From sequence record MK599315.1: 64,000 bases of DNA; one strand, given 5' to 3'. The notes beneath the pieces are model-generated. The model ran no database searches. It saw only the letters and a program-made list of their open reading frames with translations, and was not told where the DNA came from. The translations under genes were made by a program, and so were the position numbers. This document shows, in pieces, positions 30,662-40,850 of this stretch. Each line of letters starts with the position of its first letter. Position 1 is the first letter of the stretch.

Positions 30662-31054
30662 GTGAAAGAACAGTTATTGATAACATTCAAGGCGTCGGAT
30701 TTCATCGGCATGGTCGATGATAAATATTACGATGTAATGCGTAATATCGGACGAGAAGGTCTTGTCGATCTAATTGCCACATCTATTTGCTGGCAGCTTG
30801 ACTTTGATAATGAAGAACATATTGAGCTCTTTGAGAAATCAGTTCTTTTAATCTGCGGATACAAGAAAGAGTCAAATAAATCTAAACCCAAAGACACTCA
30901 TGACAAGATACTCATTGAGTTCGTCATGAATAGGGTTAAGGCACTGGGATATCTTATCCCAGATTGTATCCATCTTGACTACGCAAATAGAAAAGTTTAC
31001 TTAGACGAGAAATCAGATACAGTCTACTTAATCGTGGGGTATTACGTTGCGTGA
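30662..31054 (+). CDS. Hypothetical protein
   Basis: GGAG RBS; GTG start (or ATG 30660 if a base is missing). Confidence 0.7.
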   Translation: MKEQLLITFKASDFIGMVDDKYYDVMRNIGREGLVDLIATSICWQLDFDNEEHIELFEKSVLLICGYKKESNKSKPKDTHDKILIEFVMNRVKALGYLIPDCIHLDYANRKVYLDEKSDTVYLIVGYYVA

Positions 31055-31421
31055 GACGATATTCGTGAGGCTATCCATGGATGTTCTTTATGGACCTCGT
31101 AGTCGACAAATAGAAGCATGGGCAGATTTGGTTGGCTTCACGGTATCCGATATCAACTCATTAGCTATATTGATGGCTGAGGCTGATATAGGTCACGGAA
31201 CTGATCTCGATGACGATGCAATTATCACTGAAGTTTTTATGGATTCAGATATTGGTAAATGTATCGTTAGGACAATCCGACGACAAATAAAAGAGATAAT
31301 ATCATACCTTCCAACCGACACCATTGAACTTCGTTACTTAAGAACTTATGGAGATGCAGTGTATGTTATCGCCACCCGCGTCCCTAGTCTTCTCAATGGA
31401 CCTGGGAATATTCTTCCCTAA
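31047..31421 (+). CDS. Hypothetical protein
   Basis: Overlapping-gene operon. Confidence 0.7.
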   Translation: MRETIFVRLSMDVLYGPRSRQIEAWADLVGFTVSDINSLAILMAEADIGHGTDLDDDAIITEVFMDSDIGKCIVRTIRRQIKEIISYLPTDTIELRYLRTYGDAVYVIATRVPSLLNGPGNILP

Positions 31422-31833
31422 TTACAACGAGCTTGAAAGATTACATCGAGTGATCTACAAGAAGAAAGAGTTCAAGGGCTACGGTCCAGGAGGAGTATGG
31501 GATGACGTTATAACTTGGGTACTTAGCGTATCTAAGGCATTAAATGAAAATCCAGAGGTAATACCAAAGGATGTTACCATACCAAATTTTAGTTATAATG
31601 GTAAACTAGCGGAACGATATCAGGAGTTGTTTCTAGAGCACGCGATCATATTTCTGAAAGCATTACCACTAGGAATTGTTAGTATATTCCCGATAATGTT
31701 TAAAGGAACAGCTGCTAGATTTCTGCTAGAGTACTATGGGAGTAAGTGGCAACAGCATGCGATCGTTACTGGTTTTCGAATCGAAGACTTTAACCGACCA
31801 GTTGGTAAAGGAAGAAAACGCGCTTCTAGTTAA
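31396..31833 (+). CDS. Hypothetical protein
   Basis: Probable start MDLGIFFP. Confidence 0.7.
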   Translation: MDLGIFFPNYNELERLHRVIYKKKEFKGYGPGGVWDDVITWVLSVSKALNENPEVIPKDVTIPNFSYNGKLAERYQELFLEHAIIFLKALPLGIVSIFPIMFKGTAARFLLEYYGSKWQQHAIVTGFRIEDFNRPVGKGRKRASS

Positions 31834-32188
31834 GCGTGTGCTGGCTTACTTTGCCGACTGTGTTCGGCAGTACGTCGGGCACTTAAACCTACCGAGCTGG
31901 GATGGCTATTATGAGCTCTATCTGGAGGATTCTTATTTATCTCTTATTAGTGAAGATTTTGATGGTCAGGACATCATAAAGACAATTAACGACGATGGTG
32001 AAGCTGTCGATTGGCGCCTCCGTTTTCGAGAATTGATGGATGTCTGTGTAAATGCCTATAAGGACGATATGGTATCTACCCTACGTTCGTTCCAGTCAAA
32101 ATCAGAGATAATTTCTACTGTGAACATAGTAGGTTATGACAAATACAAACTCTCAATAATGGTGATCTCCATGGAGGCCCCTAAATGA
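31757..32188 (+). CDS. Hypothetical protein
   Basis: Probable start MRSLLVFE. Confidence 0.7.
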   Translation: MRSLLVFESKTLTDQLVKEENALLVKRVLAYFADCVRQYVGHLNLPSWDGYYELYLEDSYLSLISEDFDGQDIIKTINDDGEAVDWRLRFRELMDVCVNAYKDDMVSTLRSFQSKSEIISTVNIVGYDKYKLSIMVISMEAPK

Positions 32189-32979
32189 ATGTCCAAGAAA
32201 TGCAACATGTGATACACGGTGTCTTTAATTCGGATGGCACCGTTGATCTAATTGGTGTTGCTAATAGAACCCATTACATCGCCCCAACCCAGATTCAAGA
32301 ATCTGCTGGTCCCCGTACTTGCGGGATAATGATCAACTCTAAAGTGATTGATCGTCAGATTGTTCAGATGACAGATGTTGTCCGGAACAAGATGTTACAG
32401 ACACATGTACCAAAAAACGAAGACGATCATGTAGCAGAAGAAGATTCTGTTATTGCACTCATGCAAGACTGTGTTAACAAACACGTCGAATATATCCTAA
32501 CTGCCCCAGCTAAGGAAAACGTAGGTTTTGTACACTACGTAGAAGAATATTTCCCGAGCATTAAGAATGATCTTATTAATGACTCTACAACTATGCTTTA
32601 TCTTGAAGCTAAGTTTGCAGAGACAACGGGAATGCTCGGAGAATGTCTTCAACCAGCGATCGCTGATTTGGAAAATAATGGTTGTTTAATCGATAAGATA
32701 GAGAACTTTGCTGTTGGTCAGTACGACAGCTATTATGTTCTGGTCGGTGACAATCCTGACGCTCCTTACACAGATGATCCGGCCGATGGTCCACATGTAC
32801 GTGAACCTTACAATCCTAATGACAATCCGTATCGCGAACAAGCTCGTCTTGAACGTGAACAGGAGCTACAGCTTGCAATGCTGCCGCCAGAGGATCGTGA
32901 GTCATATTTGCGTACAATTAATTCGCCCCTTAGCGTAACTAAAGAACAAATCGGGTTGGGATTGAACGATGATACATGA
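32185..32979 (+). CDS. Hypothetical protein
   Basis: GGAGG RBS; ATGA coupling. Confidence 0.8.
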   Translation: MNVQEMQHVIHGVFNSDGTVDLIGVANRTHYIAPTQIQESAGPRTCGIMINSKVIDRQIVQMTDVVRNKMLQTHVPKNEDDHVAEEDSVIALMQDCVNKHVEYILTAPAKENVGFVHYVEEYFPSIKNDLINDSTTMLYLEAKFAETTGMLGECLQPAIADLENNGCLIDKIENFAVGQYDSYYVLVGDNPDAPYTDDPADGPHVREPYNPNDNPYREQARLEREQELQLAMLPPEDRESYLRTINSPLSVTKEQIGLGLNDDT

Positions 32980-33394
32980 TCTTGTCATAGCTGGTACAAT
33001 TGCAGGAGCTCAGTATGCAGAGAGATTCGGATTGCGGTTCTATCAGGATCGTTGGATGGACGAGCGGGATAAAAAGGAAGTAGATGATTCCCTGGAAGAC
33101 GAATTAGCTGCAACTGTAGGTAAAGATATTAAGTTGCCGGTTGATCAAATCCGTAAGCGCGTTCTGTTCTATTTTCAACGAGAAGTAATGAACAATTTCG
33201 GGATACATATTCTCGAATCAGCCGGCGCTACGGACGATCTGTTAGACGACGATGATATCAACGTGGTTGAGATGTATAAAGTCTTTAAAGAGTTTACACT
33301 GAATAACCCGTTATTAGACGTTCTGTCAATGTGGCCGATTGATATGAATGGATCGTTTGCATTCGTGGTTTCGCGCAAACCTATGAGTGCTTAA
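32969..33394 (+). CDS. Hypothetical protein
   Basis: Operon context. Confidence 0.75.
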   Translation: MIHDLVIAGTIAGAQYAERFGLRFYQDRWMDERDKKEVDDSLEDELAATVGKDIKLPVDQIRKRVLFYFQREVMNNFGIHILESAGATDDLLDDDDINVVEMYKVFKEFTLNNPLLDVLSMWPIDMNGSFAFVVSRKPMSA

Positions 33395-33417
33395 CAATCA
33401 GTTCAACGGAGTCAATC

Positions 33418-33825
33418 ATGCCATCCATTCGTGACGTAGCAATTGGCCAGAAAATCAGTTTTGAAGTTTATCCGTCTGCACAATACGGAAACAACTTTAA
33501 GAATGTAACACTGGCCGCATTCCTAGACGCAAATCTTGTACGTATCCTGGGTTTCGATTTAATCGCCGCTCACCAAAACGTGTATCCGACTCTCCCAGCG
33601 GGTACACCAAACGATCCATCGCAGTACAGTTATGTACGCGTTGAATTTGAAGGCGGGCAGCACCAGTATATTGGTATTCCATGGATTCGTGAAGGAAGCG
33701 TGGTCGTCAACAACGGTCAGAAAGCTACCTTAGTATTCCAGAATATCGATCAACGACGTTTGGAACGAATCATCGAAGCTTGCAAGATGAATAACGAAGT
33801 TCCAGATTCAGTTGTCTTGGAATAA
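33418..33825 (+). CDS. Conserved Chimalliviridae protein (phiKZ gp49-like)
   Basis: ISFEVYPS...AAHQNVYPTLPAGTPNDP; lies just before the DNA polymerase gene. Confidence 0.7.
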   Translation: MPSIRDVAIGQKISFEVYPSAQYGNNFKNVTLAAFLDANLVRILGFDLIAAHQNVYPTLPAGTPNDPSQYSYVRVEFEGGQHQYIGIPWIREGSVVVNNGQKATLVFQNIDQRRLERIIEACKMNNEVPDSVVLE

Positions 33826-33826
33826 A

Positions 33827-33857
33827 CATAGTGCCCTCCACTCGGAGGGCATATATG
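33827..33857 (+). terminator. Terminator cassette
   Basis: CATAGTGCCCTCC-ACTC-GGAGGGCATATATG. Confidence 0.8.
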
Positions 33858-33865
33858 TCGTCGCG

Positions 33866-33874
33866 AACTTTTAC
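33866..33874 (+). promoter_or_regulatory. Possible middle-promoter motif
   Basis: AACTTTTAC fits the weak phiKZ middle consensus AAanntTAC. Confidence 0.35.
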
Positions 33875-34006
33875 CTTGTGGCACATCAATATGTGAAAGT
33901 AATTTGATGTGCTACCGCTCAATCTTTGGACATCCATTGGGTGTCCTAATTTTTTTCCGTTTTAGCGTAGCCATCTCTTGAAAGATCAAATTTTAAGAGA
34001 GGAAAT

Positions 34007-36157
34007 ATGAACCAGTGCAGTATGCCTAACCCGTTCATTCTCCCGGTCGATGAATATGCCCGTGACTTGAACATCATTGAAGGATACCTCAATGATCAGG
34101 CTCTTTATATCTCGGCAATGACGGGAGATGATTTTGAAACCTGTCTGGAGTTTGTAAAAGAACAATCTCGTCCTCAAGGTCAATTTGCCTTGAATAATCC
34201 AAAAACCTTGGTGGTTGATAAAAACCCCCATGGTGACCGTAGTCTTAAAGAAACCACTTTTATGGGTTTTCTTGGACGCGTAGAAAAACAGAATCTTTTG
34301 CTGTCGCCGAGTATGACTGTGTATCTCCCAGAATCACAGCGACAGTCTACACACTCGCAGTATATTGCTGAAGGTGTTGCTAACCGTAAACGTGTAAAGA
34401 AAGAACAAATGCGACTGGAGGGTGAAGGTACTCCTGAAGCAGCAGAACTTGCCCAGGTTCGTAAAGGCGAACAAGAGAACTTCAAAATTAACAATAACTC
34501 CTATAGTGGAGCAACCGTATCAGCTGCAACAATTCTGTATTACAAGTCGACTCACTCCAGTTTGACATCGACCTGCCGTACAGCAACCTCGTATGCTAAC
34601 GCTAACAACGAGAAGTTCATCACCGGTAACCGTCACTATTATAGTCCGGAAATCACCAAGGCTAATCTTCTGTCGATTGCTAACAACACCGACATGAAGA
34701 AGCTGAAAGATTGCATCGAACATTTCAACATGCACTATCCGACTCCGGAAGAAGTGGTTGAGATGGTTCTGTATTCGACGGCGCACTATTGGCAGAACCG
34801 TGACTACACCGAACAGATTCGGATGTTGGTTACTGGCTTCACACCACTACAACGTGCTGCTGTTATGTACGTAGGTGATCTGTATCATACTTACAAACAT
34901 AACAAAACTTTGATTCGCGGTTTCCTGACTGAGCTTGCTAAAGTAGGTACCGATGAACAAAAGGTTACCAAAGAAGTTTACAACACTTACGATGGTGACC
35001 TCCAACTGTTGGCTAACTTCATCTGCTTTGACTTGGTTAAAGGTCGTAACTACGACAAGCTGAGTAAAGAGTCTCCTGAAGTATTCGACAAGATCTATGC
35101 AACAGGTAAGAACATCTCTGATACGCTGTGGAAATACAAGCGTCTTATTGATGCACTATTGCTGACCAAGAACGTTCCTTCCAGCATTCATGCTTTCCCA
35201 ACTGCTTATCGTCGTGCAGCTGTTATTTCCGATACAGACTCGACCATGTTCACGATGCAGTATTGGGTAGAAGAGTTCTTTGGTAAGATCACTTTCACTG
35301 ACGAAGCCAAGCGTCTAGTGTTTGCGTTGGTATTCTTGGTGTCGTGTGTTGTAGCACACATTCTAGCGATTCAATCGGCTAACATGGGCGTATCGAAAGA
35401 GAAGCTCCGCCTGCTCGCTATGAAGAACGAATATTACTTCGCGGTACTTTCCCTGACCACACGTTCAAAACACTATTACGCGTCTCAAGATGCACAAGAG
35501 GGTGTTATGTTTGCTAAAGCACGTATGGAAGTTAAAGGTGTCGGCCTTCGAGATTCTAAAGTTCCACCGAAGATTAACAAGACCGCTAAGCGAATGATGG
35601 ATGATATTATTAAATCCATTAAAGCTGAAACACCTTTAGATCTACCAGCAATGTTGAAAGAAGTAGCAGATCTGGAAAGAGACATTATCGCATCTGTACG
35701 TTCTGGTAAAGCTGAATATCTTACCACTGGTAAGTGTAAGAAAATAGATGCATACAAATCTGAAGATAATGCCACTTATGCCAAACATACTTTCTGGAAA
35801 GAAGTATGCAGTCCATCCTTTGGTGAGATTGAAGAACCACCTTATAGTTTCGTAAAGATTTCTGTAACGGTGGACAACAGAACCCGTTTTAACGAATGGG
35901 TTGAATCCATCGAAGATAAAGGCTTGGCCATGCGTCTAAAACGCTGGGCTATGGAAAATAAGAAGACTGGTATTACCAACTTCCATGTTCCAATGTCTGT
36001 TGTAGAAAACCGTGGTATCCCAGATGAGATCACACGTGTAGCGGATGTTCGTACGATCATCTCCAACACGATGGGTGTCTTCTATCTGATCTTTGAATCT
36101 TTGGGTATCTTCCTGATCGATAAAGGTAACACTCGTTTGATTTCCGATTTCTATTAA
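34007..36157 (+). CDS. Family B DNA polymerase, polymerase subunit (phiKZ gp50-like)
   Basis: KINNNSYSG (motif B) and ISDTDSTMF (motif C); no exonuclease domain, consistent with the split polymerase of phiKZ-like phages. Confidence 0.9.
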   Translation: MNQCSMPNPFILPVDEYARDLNIIEGYLNDQALYISAMTGDDFETCLEFVKEQSRPQGQFALNNPKTLVVDKNPHGDRSLKETTFMGFLGRVEKQNLLLSPSMTVYLPESQRQSTHSQYIAEGVANRKRVKKEQMRLEGEGTPEAAELAQVRKGEQENFKINNNSYSGATVSAATILYYKSTHSSLTSTCRTATSYANANNEKFITGNRHYYSPEITKANLLSIANNTDMKKLKDCIEHFNMHYPTPEEVVEMVLYSTAHYWQNRDYTEQIRMLVTGFTPLQRAAVMYVGDLYHTYKHNKTLIRGFLTELAKVGTDEQKVTKEVYNTYDGDLQLLANFICFDLVKGRNYDKLSKESPEVFDKIYATGKNISDTLWKYKRLIDALLLTKNVPSSIHAFPTAYRRAAVISDTDSTMFTMQYWVEEFFGKITFTDEAKRLVFALVFLVSCVVAHILAIQSANMGVSKEKLRLLAMKNEYYFAVLSLTTRSKHYYASQDAQEGVMFAKARMEVKGVGLRDSKVPPKINKTAKRMMDDIIKSIKAETPLDLPAMLKEVADLERDIIASVRSGKAEYLTTGKCKKIDAYKSEDNATYAKHTFWKEVCSPSFGEIEEPPYSFVKISVTVDNRTRFNEWVESIEDKGLAMRLKRWAMENKKTGITNFHVPMSVVENRGIPDEITRVADVRTIISNTMGVFYLIFESLGIFLIDKGNTRLISDFY

Positions 36158-36167
36158 GAGGTGAATA

Positions 36168-36332
36168 ATGAGCGATCCTGAATTGAAAATGATCTATGAA
36201 CGTATGCGTAAATTCACGTTTAATAAAGATGTGGTTATCGTTACAGCCAAGCAACCATGTAACGACCGCATAGTCCGTAGTGGTATTGAGTTCAAGGGAC
36301 CGATCATTATTGATTACATCGGAAAACTTTAA
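36168..36332 (+). CDS. Small hypothetical protein (54 aa, not in the ORF track)
   Basis: GAGGTG RBS; followed by a terminator. Confidence 0.65.
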   Translation: MSDPELKMIYERMRKFTFNKDVVIVTAKQPCNDRIVRSGIEFKGPIIIDYIGKL

Positions 36333-36337
36333 ACCAG

Positions 36338-36363
36338 AGGAGTCCTTCGGGACTCCTTTATGT
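36338..36363 (+). terminator. Intrinsic terminator
   Basis: AGGAGTCC-TTCG-GGACTCCT-TTATGT. Confidence 0.9.
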
Positions 36364-36386
36364 CGTAAATCCACAGATGAGAAAAT

Positions 36387-37556
36387 ATGATGTATAATTC
36401 CAATCCAACGCAAAATAAAGAAGTTGTATCTTTTCCTTTCGGTACTTACAATGTACTGGATGGTAATCTATGTGGTGAGATTGCTCAACCTGGAGCTAGC
36501 CGTTTCGCAAAGATCTGTACACTTGGCTTAGACTACCCCTATATGGAACAAGCATTACTGTTGGATTACAACATGTACTGCCATTTTGATGTTGCTCTAC
36601 GTCAGGCATTCGCTCCGGAAGGCAAACTGATTACAGATTCTTACTCGGGTTATACACTTGCAGGATATCTACCGGATGAACTCCAAGAATTAGATGATCT
36701 TATCGCTAACTTCATGAAAGAACATGAAGAACTCTCTAAGGATCAACTAGAAACTCTTTGGGCTGGTATGACCCTGGTTCGTCGTAGCTGGGTATTGCAT
36801 GGTACAAGATCGACAACTTCGCAAAGCCAAAGACTATGGACCCAGTACAATAACCTGATCAGCAAAAACGGTGAACTACCTGGTACACGACATGAGGCAC
36901 TTATGAAAAAGATACCCACCTACGATACCGAATGTAATGAAATGCCAAAGTTCGATGGTATCGTTACTCCTCCTGAATGGTTGAGTATAAACGACGTTTT
37001 CACCAAGGGTTTCAAACCGGGCGAACTCCAAATCATTTCCTCTCCTGTATTGGACGACATTCCCAAAACGAATAGCCGTCTCTACATGTACAATAAACTT
37101 CGTGAACTAGGACATAACAACATCATGTTGGAATCTACTGATACTGAATCTGAAATGTCTACTGACCTTCTGGAACAACACCTGAGCAAAATGGAAACTG
37201 TTGAAGCTGAGCCGACCGAAATCGATTCGATCGAATCCCGCATGCGCACCCGCCGTAAGAAAAAGAAAGGTGCCAAGCGTTCCAAGCATATCACCAACTG
37301 TAAGTCCGGTATGGTGAAAGCTTTGATGGGTGGATCTATTTTGGCTAAGCTGAGTCAGATTCAAACTCAGACCCAAGATGGTATTAAACGTGAGATCCTC
37401 AAGAACCATACCTTGAGTTCTTTCGTTGAAACTGTTTCCGGCGAGGCTATCCCTGAGTATCAGAAACGTCTCCTGGATAAGTTCCAAGAGCGTGCTGATA
37501 GTAAACCCCTGAAACCTGTTGAGGAAGTCTCTGTACAGGACGGTGAACAGGTTTAA
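36387..37556 (+). CDS. Hypothetical protein with a basic RRKKKKG patch
   Basis: 389 aa ORF. Confidence 0.8.
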   Translation: MMYNSNPTQNKEVVSFPFGTYNVLDGNLCGEIAQPGASRFAKICTLGLDYPYMEQALLLDYNMYCHFDVALRQAFAPEGKLITDSYSGYTLAGYLPDELQELDDLIANFMKEHEELSKDQLETLWAGMTLVRRSWVLHGTRSTTSQSQRLWTQYNNLISKNGELPGTRHEALMKKIPTYDTECNEMPKFDGIVTPPEWLSINDVFTKGFKPGELQIISSPVLDDIPKTNSRLYMYNKLRELGHNNIMLESTDTESEMSTDLLEQHLSKMETVEAEPTEIDSIESRMRTRRKKKKGAKRSKHITNCKSGMVKALMGGSILAKLSQIQTQTQDGIKREILKNHTLSSFVETVSGEAIPEYQKRLLDKFQERADSKPLKPVEEVSVQDGEQV

Positions 37557-37563
37557 CTTAAAC

Positions 37564-37588
37564 GCCCAGCTTAAGCTGGGCTTTATGT
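37564..37588 (+). terminator. Intrinsic terminator
   Basis: GCCCAGC-TTAA-GCTGGGC-TTTATGT. Confidence 0.9.
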
Positions 37589-37598
37589 CGAGGTTAAT

Positions 37599-38021
37599 AT
37601 GATCCATAACCCAAAGGTTCATGGTCCACTACTCAGGGTTAAGAGTCATTACAATTTATCTTCTAATGACTTCGTTGTGACTGGTATGGCTGCACTAGCT
37701 GTATCAGTTAGACGGCAGATCGACCCACAACACATCTCTATTTCGATAAAGAAAGATGTATGGGATAAGCTGATCGCTAAGTACCCTAACCTAAAAGCCG
37801 AAACTGTAAAGAACAGTATTCGTAATCAGCGTTACATTCGTTTGTTGTCGGATGTATATGCTGAGTGTGAAGACGTTCCATCTAAAGATATCAATTGGTA
37901 TTCTGGTTATCAGTTCCTCAAGGCTAATGTACTGAAGAAAGAACTGATCGGTCTTCGCGCTGAGGCAACTAAGAAGAAGAATCAAGAGTTCTACGATAAA
38001 CTCTTGGAACAATTCAAATAA
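37599..38021 (+). CDS. Hypothetical basic protein
   Basis: GAGGT RBS. Confidence 0.75.
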   Translation: MIHNPKVHGPLLRVKSHYNLSSNDFVVTGMAALAVSVRRQIDPQHISISIKKDVWDKLIAKYPNLKAETVKNSIRNQRYIRLLSDVYAECEDVPSKDINWYSGYQFLKANVLKKELIGLRAEATKKKNQEFYDKLLEQFK

Positions 38022-38024
38022 CGA

Positions 38025-38069
38025 CATAAAGCCCCTACCCGAGGTAGGGGCTGTTTATTATGTTTTTTT
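38025..38069. terminator. Bidirectional terminator
   Basis: CATAAAGCCCCTACC-CGA-GGTAGGGGCT...TTATG followed by a T-run. Confidence 0.9.
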
Positions 38070-39143
38070 CATTTCTTCAATTAGGATAGCTACATCACGA
38101 CGTAGCGCTTTAACCATTTCGGTATTACCAGCGGTTTTGAAGACTTGGTCGTTGGTAGCGTCAATCAGATCGATTAATACTTCGTTCATCTGGGAACGGT
38201 CGTAACCTGGGTTCTTCTTAAGCATGGTTACTAGATACTTAATGTACGGTAGACGTGCTAAAGTGTAAGCCCATTCGTTTTGATACGTGATAGGTTCCCG
38301 AGGAATCTCCATAACTTCGAAAAGATTAGTCTTAACAATAGCAGGAGTAATCCAAGCTAGACCTTCCAGCTCTATGCCTTTAATAGAGTTCTCAAAGTTT
38401 ACATTCTCTACGAGCTTATCAACCCGTGGAGTCATGTCAGTTAGATAGAAAGGATGAGATACAGGGAAATTCAAACATTTGATACCCTGTGCTTGTCGAG
38501 ATAACCTATTGAAGTAAGCAACATCTAAATAGCTCTCTACCATGTTGGGGAGGACGATACTCCCAACGAAGCGATAGGCATTCTCTAGTTGTTCTACACC
38601 ACGTTGTTGTTGCCAACGTAACCAATAGCGATATTGAACTAACAGCATTGGAATGTTAACTGTGATAACACCGTAACCTTTACCAGCTGTAGTATTATTC
38701 ATCATTGGAAGATTCACGTCTGTCCGGGTATGATAAAGATATTTAACTGGAGTCAGATCTCTCCAGCGCTTTCCGAGACCCTCCTTCTCGAACTTCTCAT
38801 AACTGGCAATAGCGACTTCTTCACAGTTGGGACCTAGTGTAATCCCCTTCTCATGAATCTTCCCTCTATTAATAGCTGAGGTAAGACCAAATACGCGTGA
38901 TAAACCTTTAGCCTGATCTTCAACCTTCTTTGCCCAAGCGGCATCATCAATCTTCCAGTCGATGATAAAATGTTGAATCATGTTGGCGAAAATATTAGCC
39001 GAGCCAACCGCTTTGGGGGCTCGACGGTAATACGTTTTTACATCATTGATCAGTTCCCGATACGTCCTACGGAGATAGACGATCTTTGGGTCAACTGCTT
39101 GCCCTAAGCGCCGCGCTGGGGCGTCCCGGAATAGCATGTACAT
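38058..39143 (-). CDS. Conserved Chimalliviridae protein (phiKZ gp52-like)
   Basis: 361 aa on the minus strand two genes before chmA; MYMLFR start. Confidence 0.7.
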   Translation of the reverse strand: MYMLFRDAPARRLGQAVDPKIVYLRRTYRELINDVKTYYRRAPKAVGSANIFANMIQHFIIDWKIDDAAWAKKVEDQAKGLSRVFGLTSAINRGKIHEKGITLGPNCEEVAIASYEKFEKEGLGKRWRDLTPVKYLYHTRTDVNLPMMNNTTAGKGYGVITVNIPMLLVQYRYWLRWQQQRGVEQLENAYRFVGSIVLPNMVESYLDVAYFNRLSRQAQGIKCLNFPVSHPFYLTDMTPRVDKLVENVNFENSIKGIELEGLAWITPAIVKTNLFEVMEIPREPITYQNEWAYTLARLPYIKYLVTMLKKNPGYDRSQMNEVLIDLIDATNDQVFKTAGNTEMVKALRRDVAILIEEMKKT

Positions 39144-39155
39144 GGTTTTCGTCCA

Positions 39156-39182
39156 TTAGAAATTATTTCAAATCTATATCAT
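39156..39182 (+). promoter_or_regulatory. Early-type promoter variant
   Basis: AAATTATTTCAAATC-TATATCAT (39175-39182). Confidence 0.7.
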
Positions 39183-39224
39183 AGTTTTGATATATTCACC
39201 CTAATCAAAGAAAAGGAAATTGTA

Positions 39225-40850
39225 ATGATAAATAAAGCATTGAACAGCACGTCTTCTTATAAACTTGCTGTTGTCAATAATTCGCTCAGACGTTTCTTCG
39301 AGGAAACGATGGGTCGAATTAACACGGATCTTTTCGTGATACATAACCCGAAATTTGTTAAAGCCATGTTCGATGAGATTTTGAAAACCCTTCCGGATTT
39401 TCATGCACCCACGGACGTTATTAATAATCACATCCGTATTCAGTTCCTTAATACTGTTTCTGATCGCGTTAAAGCGATGTCTGAAAATTTCAGTATATTT
39501 AAAGAAACATATCAGAAAAGTAATACTGGTATTCTTTTTGAAGACTGGTATTACGAGAGACAACGCGAAGGTATCATGTTGGCTCAGTCCGGTAAATACG
39601 ACGAACTTATTGACAAAGTGGAGAATAGTGAGATGCAATCCAAAGACAAGAATATTGACATTAATCTTGCCGAAGCCATTACTGACTTCATCGCCAGCGT
39701 TATACCTATAGAACATCGCATGGATTTCATTGGGTACAACGGCAAGTTCGTTAAAGAACTGGCAGTTAAAGTAGCTATTGATCTGGATATTCGAAACCTG
39801 CCTTCGAACAAGATCCCAACTGTTGGGGAAGTACTGAACTTCCTTAATTCCAATTATAGCAAAGCTCTCGATGAACGAGCTATCGTTTATGGGAAATATA
39901 TTAACTTCTATAAACGTTGCTGTGAAGCCGGCCAGATGAATGGGATGCTGTTTGAAGATTGGTTGATCTCTACTGGTCGAATGGAGAAAAAGGAAATCAA
40001 ACACGATAACCCGTACATCGTTGGTCAGTATACTTCGAAAGGTCCGATTAGTTACGCGCCCTCCCAGAAAACGAACCAACTCGGTGATGATTTCATTGCT
40101 GAAACTCGCCTTCGTTCCGTGCCTTCTATTTTCCGTGGTGGTAATCGGATCAATACTGGGTTCGAACATGAAACAGTGAAAAGTTCGTCATACCTGCAAA
40201 ACCCAGGTCTCACTGATCTCTACTATGCAGAGAGTGATAATAACAATAATGACAAACATGTAGAAGAGAATACGCATACACTTGATCGGATCTCTACTGC
40301 TTTCACGAGTGGTAAACTTTCCCCAGAGGAAGAAGCGCGCGCTGCTATCCATCGTGAATTCTCTGGTCCTTCTATTGCACAACTTCTTGTTGAAGAGGCT
40401 CAGCGTATTAGTGAAACCGCAAATAAAATTAATAAGGAAGGAGGCAATGTAAAATCGATGAAGATTGCGGCACTTTCGGCAGATAGTATTCGCCGGGGTG
40501 AGTATTTCCGTTCTCCGCTGACTATTGTTTTCTCTTCTATCAAAGATAAGAAGGAACGAGACTGGGTATTCTCTATCGTCAAGGCGCATGTTCGGGATTG
40601 TGTTAAAAACAACACCATCGATCCAGTGACGGCCATTCAAGGTCTTCGCAATTTGCATTCTTCCTTTATTGAAGATGACAATCGTTTTGATGACACGATG
40701 CTCACTCACATGAAGGAGTATTCTTCGGCGATTGCGCAATACGCTGATCAACTCAGTAAAGTTGTGAACATTAAGAGTGCGAAGGAAATCTACAGTAAGT
40801 TGAAAGACCACTTGGATGATCTTGAAGACCTCCTGTCTGACGAGAAATAA
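39225..40850 (+). CDS. Hypothetical protein (position of phiKZ gp53)
   Basis: 541 aa; AAGGA RBS. Confidence 0.8.
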   Translation: MINKALNSTSSYKLAVVNNSLRRFFEETMGRINTDLFVIHNPKFVKAMFDEILKTLPDFHAPTDVINNHIRIQFLNTVSDRVKAMSENFSIFKETYQKSNTGILFEDWYYERQREGIMLAQSGKYDELIDKVENSEMQSKDKNIDINLAEAITDFIASVIPIEHRMDFIGYNGKFVKELAVKVAIDLDIRNLPSNKIPTVGEVLNFLNSNYSKALDERAIVYGKYINFYKRCCEAGQMNGMLFEDWLISTGRMEKKEIKHDNPYIVGQYTSKGPISYAPSQKTNQLGDDFIAETRLRSVPSIFRGGNRINTGFEHETVKSSSYLQNPGLTDLYYAESDNNNNDKHVEENTHTLDRISTAFTSGKLSPEEEARAAIHREFSGPSIAQLLVEEAQRISETANKINKEGGNVKSMKIAALSADSIRRGEYFRSPLTIVFSSIKDKKERDWVFSIVKAHVRDCVKNNTIDPVTAIQGLRNLHSSFIEDDNRFDDTMLTHMKEYSSAIAQYADQLSKVVNIKSAKEIYSKLKDHLDDLEDLLSDEK

